This document shows positions 11,965-26,200 of a stretch of DNA of 64,000 bases, piece after piece (positions within the stretch are counted from its first letter, which is position 1; the number at the start of each line of letters is the position of its first letter). The translations under genes were made by a program, and so were the position numbers. The stretch lies in NCBI RefSeq assembly GCF_963921235.1, contig NC_086097.1, forward strand, positions 97,962,001 to 98,026,000, read 5' to 3'. Source of the stretch: Mobula hypostoma (Eukaryota). The notes under the pieces are model-generated. The model saw nothing but the letters and a program-made list of their open reading frames with translations. It was not told the origin of the DNA and did no database searches.

Positions 11965-12965
11965 TTTAATATAAATATTTTTGTAATGTCTCCTGATTCA
12001 AATTACAATGTTAACACAATGTCAATTATCTTAACATATAACACAGATTTATCCACTGTGTGCAATGACTGCAAGACCTAGTCACAAAGCCCTTGCACTG
12101 GCTGGGCTCTGCTTCACCATGCTTCTCGGTCACCTCTGGACCTTGAATCTTGCAGCACACAGCCAAGAATGGCACCAGCCAGTTTCAGGAATTTGAGGAC
12201 AGTTCTCCAGCTGCAGTTGAGAACTGTTCTTGTGTGTATCCCAGGAGAAAAGCCTTTACAGAGCGAGGCTCAACTAATATCTGTGTGCCTTCCTGGACCT
12301 ACGTGTTCTCTACAGGGAGATGGGTAACTATCTCATATCCAGTGTAGCCATCACAAGTGTGTTTCTGATCATATACAAGGGATCAGCAGGCTGGCCCCTC
12401 CTCTCCCCAAGGCAAGGCCTCATTGCTCGTTTCAAAGTTCTTCTGATGAAGCATTCTGTCAGGATGTGTAACTTCTATCATAATTACACTAGAGATGCTG
12501 TTATTCCCTATAACCTTGCAGGTACATTCCTGCCTCCTGTGATCGCTAATGAAAATCACAGCTTGTGATAAAATTACGAGTTATAGCAGCAGCAACTGGG
12601 AAAACTCCACCTTACCGATAACCTCGCTAACCTTGCTTTTACCCAGAATATTTGACACATCGACTCCCAGAACCCTTTTATTTCAGCACACGTTCCATTG
12701 GATAGCTTCGTACCTACATATACTGGTCTTTGTTTGCACTCTGGTAAAAGGATTACTGGTTTGGAATTCCATTGTTGACCACCTACCAATGATGCCCCAC
12801 CAGGGTTAACTGCACCTGTAAAAACTGCGGATATGGATGTGACCAACAATATTCTCTCTCCCATTTGATCCTCAGTAACATCAACGTAGCATGCCCAGAG
12901 TTCGATTTCTCCCCATTTATTTTGAGGATTTGGGATGTTTGCTCAAGGCCAGCATAGATTATTAC

Positions 12966-13150
12966 CACAAAATACTCTGCAGATGCTGGGGTCAACGCAA
13001 CACACACAACACGCTGGAGGAACTCAGCAGGTCGGGCAGCATCCGTGGAAACGATCGGTCAATGTTTCGGGCCGGAACCCTTCATCAGGACTGTAAAGGG
13101 AAGGGGCAGAGGCCCTATAAAGAAGGTGGGAGGACGGTGGGAAGGAGAAG
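12966..13150 (-). mobile_element. Penelope-like 3' end containing a decayed hammerhead motif (13057-13092)
   Basis: Minus reads AGTC CTGATGA A GGGT TCCG GCCC GAAAC ATT GACC; similar to 63748-63900. Confidence 0.75.
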
Positions 13151-13231
13151 CATTGAGTGTGTCTCTTCAGGCTCCTGTAACTCGCTGATGAAAGCAGAAT
13201 ATAATGTTATAATAATATGTAATTCTTCTCT

Positions 13232-13425
13232 TCTGCCATCAGATTTCTGAATGGAAATAGAACTCATAAACACTACCCACTACCTCACTCTTCCCCCCCT
13301 ACTTCCAATACTTATTTAACTTTTTAACATACTGTAATTTGCAATTTTAAAATTATGCTTTGCACTGTACTGCTGCCACCAAACAAATTTCACGACATAT
13401 TAAATCTGATGCTGTAGATCTGATT
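13232..13425 (+). mobile_element. LINE 3'-end fragment (Rex1/L2-like)
   Basis: GCCATCAGATTTCTGAATGG..TGCACTGTACTGCTGCC..AAATTTCACGACAT..TCTGA tail; family call tentative. Similar tails near 15165-15400, 39950-40120, 46770-47115 and 48670-49350. Confidence 0.45.
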
Positions 13426-14269
13426 TTTTTTCTCTCCCCTTTTGTACTACCTTGATGTACTTGTGTACGCTACGTTCTCTCGGGATGTGCTTGTGTACGC
13501 GGCCGCCTCTCGGGATGGCATGCATACAAATATCTTTCAATATAAATCAGTACATGCAACCTGTTGGAAAATCAAGAACGTCACCTCACAGTCAGAAGGC
13601 CTGGGTTGTGTGAGCAGTACTTGGCTTCTCGACCCTGTGTAAGTGACCATTCCGTAAACCCACCATCTTTTTCCTCGCTGGAATCACTTTGACAGCACAG
13701 CCCAGGGTTTTCTTGATATTACTCTATTTTACCTTAACAGATCATGTAGACAAGAACAAGGAGTAACATCAAAAACACAAAATACTGTTGAACCATCAGT
13801 CTCAGTGGCTAATAGGCATCAGGGATACTGCGTCAGATCCACCAGACCAGTAAAGCTGTAGGAATGATTGGAGAAGGTGCTGAGCTCGTCATTCCCAAGC
13901 GGCACAGGGATCTAGGATGCTGGCTGGGTCCGCTCCATCAGTTCCAAGTCCAGTAAGTGAGTGATTCCACTGCAAAGCGCATCAGTTCTCAGCCCATTCC
14001 TACCCTGGGCCAGATTCCCAAGCACGGGTACCTCTCACCTGGACCACCAACCTCAGGCTCGTGCTGCTCGTGGGTCACTGGAATGACAGACAGACTGCAT
14101 GGCCACGGTAACACAATCAGCCACCGAGACAGAGCGCGGCCACAAAACCACCTCCTGCAGTGCAGGGAAAGCCGCCGGGAAGTAGTTGCTCACACCAGAC
14201 AGCCTGACGCCTCACGGTGTAACACTCGTGTGCAGGTGCACATACGGACCAGCAGTGGGCCAATATTGT

Positions 14270-14911
14270 TCAGTTCTGGTCCCAGTCTGCTGCAGCCCAG
14301 GCAGGCAGCGGGGAGGAATACTCCCAATCCGGCCCCGTGTACTTCAGGGCATGCAGGTACATGACCAGGTCCTCGGGAAGGGGGTCTTTCCTGACCATCC
14401 GACACTCTCCACATAGCTTGTCCTTCACTGACCCCGGCAGCTGTGCGGTGCCTCCACCCCCGCCAGGGATCTCCTCCGCCTGGCTCTCTGTCTGCCCGCT
14501 GGCCCCGGGCCGCGGTTCATCTGGGAGGTCCAGCAGGTCGAGGCTCTCCCGCAGCCGGTGAAGCTCCACCAGGTCCCTCAGTAACTCCTCATCTGTCTTT
14601 TCCAGCCTCCCCCCTCTGGCGCGGTGGGAGCCCCAGGCCTCGGTGTTGTACACGGGGTCGTTGACAATGGGGTGGCCCAGGTACTGGAGGTGGACGCGAA
14701 TCTGGTGTGTGCGGCCGGTGTAGGGCCGGCAGCAAACCACGCTGGACCGCCCGTTGTAGCTCAGCCTCTGGAAGGCAGTGCGGCAGGGCTTACCAGCGGG
14801 GTGCACCCGGCATACGCCCACCTTGTAGGAGACCACCAGGATGGGTTCCTCACACATCACGTCGCCATCGGGGAACTCCCCCTCCACTCGGCACACGTAC
14901 TCCTTCTGCAC
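14270..14911 (-). CDS. RPUSD2: RPUSD2 exon 4 (last coding exon), RluA-family pseudouridine synthase
   Basis: Acceptor TTGCAG then VQKEYVCRVEGEFP..GRTHQIRVHLQYLGHPIVNDPVY..MYLHALKY..WDQN*; 642 bp, phase 0. Confidence 0.96.
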   Translation of the reverse strand: MQKEYVCRVEGEFPDGDVMCEEPILVVSYKVGVCRVHPAGKPCRTAFQRLSYNGRSSVVCCRPYTGRTHQIRVHLQYLGHPIVNDPVYNTEAWGSHRARGGRLEKTDEELLRDLVELHRLRESLDLLDLPDEPRPGASGQTESQAEEIPGGGGGTAQLPGSVKDKLCGECRMVRKDPLPEDLVMYLHALKYTGPDWEYSSPLPAWAAADWDQN

Positions 14912-15799
14912 CTGCAACGACAGCAACACCTCAACGAGTTGGTGAGGTGACCCCCACCCACCCTTCCTTCACCACGTCCCCCCAGGATCACAGGAAGGTG
15001 CAGAGAGGGCACAGCTCAGAACACTAGGAAAACCAGTCTCCCCTTGGGTACTCTGCACTGGTAAAGCAGCCAACAGAATCAAGGACCCACCCCACCCACT
15101 GTCTCTTCTCCCCCACCCCATCAGAGTTAAAATACCAAAGCATGCACTATCATCAGGCTGAAGCACAGCTTCTGTCTCAATGTTACTGTATGAACCCCTA
15201 GTATCATAAGGACTCTTGACCTCACAATTTTACCTCACTGTGGCCTTGCACCTTATCACCTGCCTGCACTGCACTTTCTCTGTAAACTCTAAAGCTTTAT
15301 TCGGCATTGTTATTGCTTTTCCCTTGCAGGACCTCAAGTGAAGTGGTGATATAATCTGAATGAAAAACTAAGAATTTCACTCTGCCACTGACAATATTTA
15401 GCAAAATGCAACCACTGGGCCCTAACCATCTTATCCCCCCAATCAAGTCTCTCCCAAAACATCCGGTTCCCCGTATATTTCCATGGGCTGTGTCCCATGT
15501 CCCATGCCTCCCACAGCTCCTCAGTTATTAAAGAGCATCCTCAAGTGGGAGGAATGATTTGAGGTGGGAAAAGGCGTACGTCCGCACCGAGTGGTGCAGG
15601 AACACCTGCACACCCCATGGAACCAAAGCCGCAGGAAGCCTGCCACGTCCCAAACAGACACAATGGATGGTGGTCAGCTCCATATTATCCCAGCCTGATG
15701 CCCACCACCTGGGCAGAGGCTATGCGAAGGTCTGAGAGTCACCGAGCACAGAAACGGATGCCTTGGCCCAAATTGTCGATGCTGACCAAGATACCTTCC

Positions 15800-16650
15800 T
15801 GAGCCAGTCCCATTTGCCCATGTTTGGCCCAGATCTCTCTAAACCTTTCTATCCAAGTACCTGCCCAAATGTGCTTTAAATGGAGTAACTGCACCTCATT
15901 CCACATACACACCACCCTGCGGAAAATCTTTGCTGTTCAGACTTCCTTTTAGATCTTTCCCAGCCTGTCGAACGATAGCATTCGTCACTTTAATGGCGAG
16001 AAGATCTACTTTGTTGAACTGGAAGATCTTTCCCCCACACCCTACTACTTTCCAATGGTTTTTTCAAACTGTATTAAGTGTAAATTTAGAAAAAATTAGA
16101 AGCGATATTTTTGACCCTTCAGTTAAATTTGAAGAAACTTGGAAACCTTTTATGCAACATTTTCATATGATATAATCTGACTTTTCCGAATTTTTTTCTC
16201 TAACTTAAATTATATGAATAGAGGAGCGGAGTTGACCACATTACTGAACGTGTCTGATTCAAGATATTGGTCTAGCCCTGTTTTGTTCTGTTTTTTTTTG
16301 GGGGGGGTCTCTTTTTCTTTTGGGGATATTTTTTGTTTATATATATATATATATTTTTTTCTTTTTATTTCTTTTTTATGACTAATTTCATTAAGAGTTT
16401 GGAAGTCTATTATTCCTATGTTACTTAAAATCCTTTATGTATATGCCGATTAAGATTATTCCAATCTCTTTGTACCAACTTTATTATTGAGGTTACAGTT
16501 TTGAAAATTAATAAAAAGATTTAAAAAGGAGGAAGAATGATCTTTCCCCCACACCCTAAACCCATCCCCTCGTCTGAGACTCACCCATCCTGCGGAAAAG
16601 ACTGTGACCATCCACCGAATCGACATCCTCATGATTTTATAAACCTCTAC
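15800..16650 (-). mobile_element. Old CR1 3' fragment split by an L1 insertion
   Basis: CR1 3'-end-like sequence at 15800-15960; VEVYKIMR on minus near 16625-16650. Confidence 0.6.
15962..16538 (+). mobile_element. 5'-truncated L1-clade LINE 3' end
   Basis: IAFVTLMARRSTLLNWK..LEKIR..FEETWKPF resembles the fish L1 ORF2 C-terminus; T-rich 3'UTR, AATAAA at 16510 and A-rich tail; GATCTTTCCC duplicated at both flanks. Confidence 0.75.
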
Positions 16651-16739
16651 ATACACAAAAGGCATTTGATTGAGAAGAGATGTGACGGAATGATGGTGTT
16701 GAGACCAACACTGGATCACAATCATCTTTTATTGAATGG

Positions 16740-17280
16740 CGAAGCAAGCTCGAAGGGCACCTGCTCTTAATCATGTTCTTGCAATGCATGCTTTTCAACA
16801 ACAGAAGGCAGCACTGCCTAAGTGAATACGCATGTACCGATACACAGGGGTATACAGATACGCAGTCCTCTGAAAGGGGTAACACAGGTAGGGTGAAGAA
16901 AGCATTTGGCACAACTGGCCTTCACTGGTAAGGGCACGGAGTACAGGGATTGGGATGTCATATTACAGAAGAGCCACACTTGCATTAATACGGGTAGTTC
17001 TAATCTCTACATTACAGTAATGGATAGACTGGGTCTGATTTTCCTGAAGCAAAGAATGCTGACGGGTGACATAACAGACATGGTGTATGAAATTCTGAGA
17101 GATGTTGATAGGATAGACAGCCAAAGTCTCAACAAAGAGGGAAAGGCTATAATGTGAGACTGAGGCAGTTTAAAGTGGTTGAGAGTAATCGGTATTTGGA
17201 AGGGGCTGCCACTGGTGGTGGTACAAAACCCAACCACAGTTACGAAGCATCTAGTCCGGTGTTTCCATCAGGAGGGCAGA
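16740..17280 (+). mobile_element. Degenerate CR1 3' portion leading directly into the minisatellite
   Basis: VKKAFG..LAFTGKGTEYRDWDVILQ and MDRLGLIFLKQRMLTGDI..VYEILRDVDRIDSQSL match the CR1 ORF2 C-terminus of intact copies in this window. Confidence 0.75.
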
Positions 17281-20200
17281 GGGATTAGGAAAGACAAGAT
17301 ACGATAGTCAGTAGTGATGCCGAGAGTCACAGGGATTAGTATAGACACACGATGGTCAGTAGTGATGCCGAGGGTCACAGGGATTAGTATAGACACACGA
17401 TGGTCAATAGTAATGCCGAGGGTCACAGGGATTAGTATAGACACACGATGGTCAGCAGTGATGCCGAGAGTCACAGGGATGAGGATAGACACACGATGGT
17501 CAGTAGTGATGCCGAGGGTCACAGGGATTAGTATAGACACACGATGGTCAGTAGTGATGCCGAGGGTCACAGGGATTAGTATAGACACACGATGGTCAAT
17601 AGTAATGCCGAGGGTCACAGGGATTAGTATAGACACACGATGGTCAGCAGTGATGCCGAGAGTCACAGGGATTAGTATAGACACACGATGGTCAGTAGTG
17701 ATGCCGAGAGTCACAGGGATTAGTATAGACACACGATAGTCAGTAGAGATGCCGAGGGTCACAGGGATTAGTATAGACACACAATGGTCAGTAGTGATGC
17801 CGAGAGTCACAGGGATGAGGATAGACACACGATGGTCAGTAGTGATGCCGAGGGTCACAGGGATGAGGATAGACACACGATGGTCAGTAGTGATGCCGAG
17901 GGTCACAGGGATTAGTACAGACACACGATGGTCAGCAGTGATTCCGAGGGACACAGGGATGAGGATAGACACACGATGGTCAGTAGTGATGCCGAGGGTC
18001 ACAGGGATGAGGATAGACACACGATGGTCAGTAGTGATGCCGAGGGTCACAGGGATTAGTACAGACAAACGATGGTCAGCAGTGATGCTGAGGGTCACAG
18101 AGATTAGTATGGACACACGATGGTCAGCAGTGATGCCGAGAGTCACAGGGATTAGTATAGAGACACGATGGTCAGCAGTGATTCCGAGGGACACAGGGAT
18201 TAGTATAGACACATGATGGTCAGAAGGGATTAGTATAGACAGACACGATGATCAGTAGTGATGCCGAGGGTCACAGGGATGAGGATAGACAGACACGATG
18301 GTCAGTAGTGATGCCGAGGGTCACAGGGATTAGTACAGACACACGATGGTCAGCAGTGATGCCAAGGGTCACAGGGATTAGTACAGACACACGAGGGTCA
18401 GCAGTGATGCCAAGGGTCACAGGGATTAGTACAGACACACGATAGTCAGTAGTGATGCCGAGGGTCACAGGGATGAGGATAGACAGACACGATGGTCAGT
18501 AGTGATGGCGAGGCTCACAGGGATTAGTAGAGACACACAATGGTCTACAGTGATGCCGAGGGTAAAAGGGTTGAGTATAGACAGACGATGGTCAGCAGGT
18601 ATGCCGAGGGTCACAGGGATTAGTATAGACACGCGATGGTCGGTAGTGATGTCAAGGGTCACAGGGATTAGTAGAGACACATGATGGTCAGCAGTGATGC
18701 CGAGGGTCACAGGGATTAGTATAGACACACGATGGCCAGTAGTGATGCCGAGGGTCACAGGGATGAGGACAGACAGACACGATTGTCGGTAGTGATGCCA
18801 AGGGTCACAGGGATTAGTACAGACACACGATTGTCAGTAGTGATGCCGAGGGTCACAGGGATTAGTACAGACACACGATGGTCAGTAGTGATGCCAAGGG
18901 TCACAGGGATGAGGATAGACAGACACGATGGTCAGCAGTGATGCCGAGGGTCACAGGGATTAGTACAGACACACGATGGTCAGCAGTGATGCCGAGGGTC
19001 ACAGGGATTAGTACAGACACACGATAGTCAGTAGTGATGCCGAGGGTCACAGGGATGAGGATAGACAGACACGATGGTCAGTAGTGATGGCGAGGGTCAC
19101 AGGGATTAGTACAGACACACGATAGTCAGTAGTGATGCCGAAGGTCACAGGGATTAGTAAAGACACACGATGGTCAGAAGTGATGCCGAGGGTCACAGGG
19201 ATTAGTATAGAGACACGATGGTCAGCAGTGATGCCGAGGGTCACAGGGATGAGGATAGACAGACACGATGGTCAGCAGTGATGGCGAGGGTCACAGGGAT
19301 TAGTACAGACACACGACAGTCAGTAGTGATGCCGAGGGTCACAGGGATTAGTATAGAGACACGATGGTCAGCAGTGATGCCGAGTGTCACAGGGATTAGT
19401 ATAGAGACACGATGGTCAGCAGTGTTGCCGAGGGTCACAGGGATTAGTACAGACACACGATGGTCAGTGATGCCGAGGGTCACAGGGATTAGTACAGACA
19501 CACGATAGTCAGTAGTGATGCCGAGGGTCACAGGGATGAGGATAGACAGACAATGGTCAGCAGGGATGCCGAGGGTCACAGGGATTAGTACAGATACACG
19601 ATGGTCAGCAGTGATGCCGAGTGTCACAGAGATTAGTACAGACACACGATGGTCAGCAGTGATGCCGAGGGTCACAGGGATTAGTACAGACACACGATGG
19701 TCAGCAGTGATACCTAGCGTCACCGGGATTAGTATAGACACACGATGGTCAGTAGTGATGCTGAAGGTCAGAGGGATTAGTATAGACGCACGATGGTCAG
19801 TAGTGATGCAGAGGGTCACAGGGATGAGGATAGACAGACACGATGGTCAGTAGTGATGCCAAGGGTCACAGGGATTAGTATAGACAGACGATGGTCAGTA
19901 GTGATGCCGAGGGTCACAGGGATTAGTATAGACACACGATGGTCAGCAGTGATGCCGAGGGTCACAGGGATTAGTATAGACACACGATGGTCAGTAGTGA
20001 TGCCGAGGGTCACAGTGATTAGTATAGAAACACGATGGTCAGTAGTGATGCCGAGGGTCACAGGGATTAGTATATACAGACACGATGGTCAGTAGTGATG
20101 CAGAGTGTCACAGGGATTAGTACAGACACACGATGGTCAGTAGTGATGCCGAGGGTCACAGGGATTAGTACAGACACACGATGGTCAACAGTGATGCCGA

Positions 20201-23200
20201 GGGACACACGGATTAGTACAGACACACGATGGTCAGCAGTGATGCCGAGGGTCACAGGGATTAGGATACACAGACACGATGGTCAGTAGTGATGCCGAGG
20301 GTCACAGGGATTAGTATAGACACACGATGGTCAGCAGTGATGCCGAGGGTCATAGGGATTAGTAGAGACAGACAATGGTCAGCAGGGATGCCGAGGGTCA
20401 CAGGGATTAGGATACACAGACACGATGGTCAGTAGTGATGCCGAGGGTCACAGGGATTAGTATAGACACACGAGGGTCAGCAGTGATGCCGAGGGTCATA
20501 GGGATTAGTAGAGACAGACAATGGTCAGCAGGGATGCCGAGGGTCACAGGGATTAGGATACACAGACACGATGGTCAGTAGTGATGCCGAGGGTCACAGG
20601 GATTAGTATAGACACACGACGGTCAGCAGTGATGCCGAGGGTCACAGAGATTAGCACAGACACACAATGGTCAGCAGTGATGCCAAGGGTCACAGCGATT
20701 AGTACAGAGACACGATGGTCAGCAGTGATGCCGAGGGTCACAGGGATTAGTACAGACACACGATAGTCAGTAGTGATGCCGAGGATCACAGGGATGAGGA
20801 TAGACAGACACGATGGTCAGTAGTGATGGCGAGGGTCACAGGGATTAGTATAGACACATGATGGTCAGCAGGGATGAGTGTAGACAGACACGATGGTCAG
20901 TAGTGATGTCGAGGGTCACAGGGATTAGTATAGAAACACGATGGTCAGTGATGCCGAGGGTCACAGGGATTAGTAGAGACAGACATTGGTCAGCAGGGAT
21001 GCCGAGAGTCACAGGGATTAAGATAGAGAGACACGATGGTCAGCAGTGATGCCGAGGGTCACAGGGATTAGTATAGAGACACGATGGTCAGCAGTGATTC
21101 CGAGGGACACAGGGATTAGTATAGACACATGATAGTCAGAAGGGATTAGTACAGACAGACACGATGATCAGTAGTGATGCCGAGGGTCACAGGGATTAGT
21201 ACAGACACACGATGGTCAGTAGTGATGACGAGGGTCACAGGGATTAGTATCGACACACGATGGTCAGCAGTGATACCTAGCGTCACAGGGATTAGTATAG
21301 ACACACGATGGTCAGTAGTGATGCCGAGGGTCACAGGGATTAGTACAGAGACACGATAGTCAGTAGTGATGCCGAGGGTCACAGGGATTAGTAGAGACAC
21401 ACGATGGTCAGTAGTGATGACGAGGGTCACAGGGATTAGTATCGACACACGATGGTCAGCAGTAATGCCGAGATTCACAGGGATGAGAATAGACAGACAT
21501 GAGGGTCAGTATTGATGCCGAGGGTCACAGGGATTAGTATAGACACACGACGGTCAGCAGTGATACCTAGTGTCACAGGGATTAGTATAGACACACGATG
21601 GTCAGCAGTGATGCCGAGGGTCACAGGGATTAGTACAGAGACACTATGGTCAGCAGTGATGCCGAGGGACACAGGGATTAGTATAGACACATGATGGTCA
21701 GCAGGGATTAGTGTAGACAGACACGATGGTCAGTAGTGATGTCGAGGGTCACAGGGATTAGTATAGAGACACGATGGTCAGCAGTGATACCTAGCGTCAC
21801 AGGGATGAGGATAGACAGACACGATGGTCAGCAGTGATGCCGAGGGTCACAGGGATTAGTACAGACACACGATGGTCAGCAGTGATGCCGAGGGTCACAG
21901 GGATTAGTACAGACACACGATAGTCAGCAGTGATGCCGAGGGTCACAGGGATTAGTACAGACACACGATGGTCAGTAGTGATGCCGAGGGTCACAGGGAT
22001 TAGTATAGAGACACGATGGTCAGCAGTGATGCTGAGGGTCACAGGGATTAGTACAGACAGACACTATGGTCAGCAGTGATGCCGAGGGTCACAGGGATTA
22101 GTATAGACACACGATGGTCAGCAGTGATGCCGAGGGACACAGGGATTAGTATAGACACATGATGGTCAGCAGGGATTAGTATAGACAGACACGATGGTCA
22201 GTAGTGATGTCGAGGGTCACAGGGATTAGTATAGAAACACGATGGTCAGTGATGCCGAGGGTCACAGGGATTAGTAGAGACAGACATTGGTCAGCAGGGA
22301 TGCCGAGGGTCACAGGGATTAAGATAGAGAGACACGATGGTCAGCAGTGAGGCCGAGGGTCACAGGGATTAGTACAGACACACGATGGTCAGTAGTGATG
22401 CCGAGGGTCACAGGGATTAGTACAGACACACGATGGTCAGCAGTGATGCCGAGGGACACACGGATTAGTACAGACACACGATGGTCAGTAGTGATGCCGA
22501 GGGACACACGGATTAGTACAGACACACGATGGTCAGCAGTGCTGCCGAGGTCACAGAGATTAGTACAGACACACTATGGTCAGCAGTGATGCCGAGGGTC
22601 ACAGGGATTAGTATAGACACATGATGGTCAGCAGGGATTAGTATAGACAGACACGATGGTCAGTAGTGATGCCGAGGGTCACAGTGATTAGTACAGACAC
22701 ACGATGGTCAGTAGTGATGCCGAGGGTCACAGGGATTAGTACAGACACACGATGGTCAGCAGTGATGCCGAGGGTAACAGGGATTAGTACAGACACACGA
22801 TAGTCAGTAGTGATGCCGAGGATCACAGGGATGAGGATAGACAGACACGATGGTCAGTAGTGATGGCGAGGGTCACAGGGATTAGTATAGACACACGATG
22901 GTCAGCAGTGAAGCCGAGGGACACAGGGATTAGTATAGACACATGATGGTCAGCAGGGATGAGTGTAGACAGACACGATGGTCAGTAGTGATGTCGAGGG
23001 TCACAGGGATTAGTATAGAAACACGATGGTCAGTGATGCCGAGAGTCACAGGGATTAGTAGAGACAGACATTGGTCAGCAGGGATGCCGAGGGTCACAGG
23101 GATTAGGATAGAGAGACACGATGGTCAGCAGTGATGCCGAGGGACACACGGATTAGTACAGACACACGATGGTCAGCAGTGATGCCGAGGGACACACGGA

Positions 23201-26200
23201 TTAGTACAGACACACGATGGTCAGCAGTGATGCCGAGGGTCACAGGGATTAGTATAGACACACGATAGTCAGTAGTGATGCCGAGGGTCACAGGGATGAG
23301 GGTAGACAGACACGATGGTCAGCAGTGATGCCGAGGGTCACAGGGATTAGTATAGACACATGATGGTCAGCAGGGACTAGTGTAGACAGACACGATAGTC
23401 AGTAGTGATGCCGAGGATCACAGGGATGAGAATAGACAGACACGATAGTCAGTAGTGATGCCGAGGGTCACAGGGATTAGTATAGAGACACGATGGTCAG
23501 CAGTGAATCCGAGGGACACAGGGATTAGTATAGACACATGATAGTCAGAAGGGATTAGTACAGACAGACACGATGATCAGTAGTGATGCCGAGGGTCACA
23601 GGGATTAGTCCAGACACACGATGGTCAGTAGTGATGACGAGGGTCACAGGGATTAGTATCGACACACGATGGTCAGCAGTGATGCCGAGATTCACAGGGA
23701 TGAGAATAGACAGACACGAGGGTCAGTAGTGATGCCGAGGGTCACAGGGATTAGTATAGACACACGACGGTCAGCAGTGATACCTAGCGTCACAGGGATG
23801 AGGATAGACAGACACGATGGTCAGCAGTGATGCCGAGGGTCACAGGGATTAGTACAGACACACGATGGTCAGCAGTGATGCCGAGGGTCACAGGGATTAG
23901 TACAGACACACGATAGTCAGTAGTGATGCCGAGGGTCACAGGGATGAGGATAGACAGACACGATGGTCAGTAGTGATGGCGAGGGTCACAGGGATTAGTA
24001 CAGACACACGATGGTCAGTAGTGATGCCGAGGGTCACAGGGATTAGTACAGACACACGATGGTCAGCAGTGATGCCGAGGGTCACAGGGATTAGTACAGA
24101 CACACGATGGTCAGCAGTGATGCCGAGGGTCACAGGGATTAGTACAGACACACGATGGTCAGTAGTGATGCCGAGGGTCACAGGGATTAGTATAGACACA
24201 CGATGGTCAGCAGTGATGCTGAGGGTCACAGGGATTAGTACAGACAGACACTATGGTCAGCAGTGATGCCGAGGGTCACAGGGATTAGTATAGACACACG
24301 ATGGTCAGCAGTGATGCCGAGGGACACAGGGATTAGTATAGACACATGATGGTCAGCAGGGATTAGTATAGACAGACACGATGGTCAGTAGTGATGCCGA
24401 GGGTCACAGGGATTAGTACAGACACACGATGGTCAGTAGTGATGCCGAGGGTCACAGGGATGAGGATAGACAGACACGATGGTCAGTAGTGATGGCGAGG
24501 GTCACAGGGATTAGTATAGAGACACGATGGTCAGCAGTGATGCTGAGGGTCACAGGGATTAGTACAGACACACGATGGTCAGTAGTGATGCCGAGGGTCA
24601 CAGGGATGAGGATAGACAGACAATGGTCAGCAGGAATGCCGAGGGTCACAGGGATTAGTACAGATACACGATGGTCAGCAGTGATGCCGAGTGTCACAGA
24701 GATTAGTACAGACACACGATGGTCAGCAGTGATACCTAACGTCACCGGGATTAGTACAGACACACGATGGTCAGCAGTGATGCCGAGGGTCACAGGGATT
24801 AGTACAGACACACGATGGTCAGCAGTGATACCTAGCGTCACCGGGATTAGTATAGACACACGATGGTCAGTAGTGATGCTGAAGGTCAGAGGGATTAGTA
24901 TAGACGCACGATGGTCAGTAGTGATGCAGAGGGTCACAGGGATGAGGATAGACAGACACGATGGTCAGAAGTGATGCCAAGGGTCACAGGGATTAGTATA
25001 GACAGACGATGGTCAGTAGTGATGCCGAGTGTCACAGGGATTAGTATAGACACACGATAGTCAGTCGTCATGCCGAGGGTCACAGGGATGAGGATAGACA
25101 CACGATGATCAGCAGTGATGCCGTGGGTCACAGGGATTCATACAGACAGACACGATGGTCAGTGATGCCGAGGGTCATAGGGATTAGTATAGACACACGA
25201 GGGTCAGCAGTGATGCCGAGGGTCATAGGGATTAGTACAGACACACGATGGTCAGTAGTGATGCCGAGGGTCAGAGTGATTGGTATAGAGACACGATGGT
25301 CAGTGATGCCGAGGGCCACAGGGATTAGTACAGACACACTATGGTCAGCAGTGATACCTAGCGTCACAGGGATGAGTATAGACACACGACGGTCAGCAGT
25401 GATGCCGAGGGTCACAGAGATTAGTACAGACACACAATAGTCAGCAGTGATGCCGAGGGTCACAGGGATTAGTACAGACACACGATGGTCAGTAGTGATG
25501 CCGAGGGTCACAGGGATGAGGATAGACAGACAATGGTCAGCAGGAATGCCGAGGGTCACAGGGATTAGTACAGGTACACGATGGTCAGCAGTGATGCCGA
25601 GTGTCACAGAGATTAGTACAGACACACGATGGTCAGCAGTGATACCTAACGTCACCGGGATTAGTACAGACACACGATGGTCAGCAGTGATGCCGAGGGT
25701 CACAGGGATTAGTACAGACACACGATGGTCAGTAGTGATGCTGAAGGTCAGAGGGATTAGTATAGACGCACGATGGTCAGTAGTGATGCAGAGGGTCACA
25801 GGGATGAGGATAGACAGACACGATGGTCAGAAGTGATGCCAAGGGTCACAGGGATTAGTACAGACACACGATAGTCAGTAGTGATGCCGAGGATCACAGG
25901 GATGAGGATAGACAGACACGATGGTCAGTAGTGATGGCGAGGGTCACAGGGATTAGTATAGACACATGATGGTCAGCAGGGATGAGTGTAGACAGACACG
26001 ATGGTCAGTAGTGATGTCGAGGGTCACAGGGATTAGTATAGAAACACGATGGTCAGTGATGCCGAGGGTCACAGGGATTAGTAGAGACAGACATTGGTCA
26101 GCAGGGATGCCGAGAGTCACAGGGATTAAGATAGAGAGACACGATGGTCAGCAGTGATGCCCAGGGTCACAGGGATTAGTATAGAGACACGATGGTCAGC

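Noticed and set aside
12670..12925. RPUSD2 polyadenylation signal (AATAAA on minus near 12680 and 12920)
   Set aside because: Several candidates lie beyond intervening repeats; cannot choose without transcript data.
13957..15027. Overlapping plus-strand ORFs across RPUSD2 exon 4
   Set aside because: GC-rich antisense frames with no recognisable domains.
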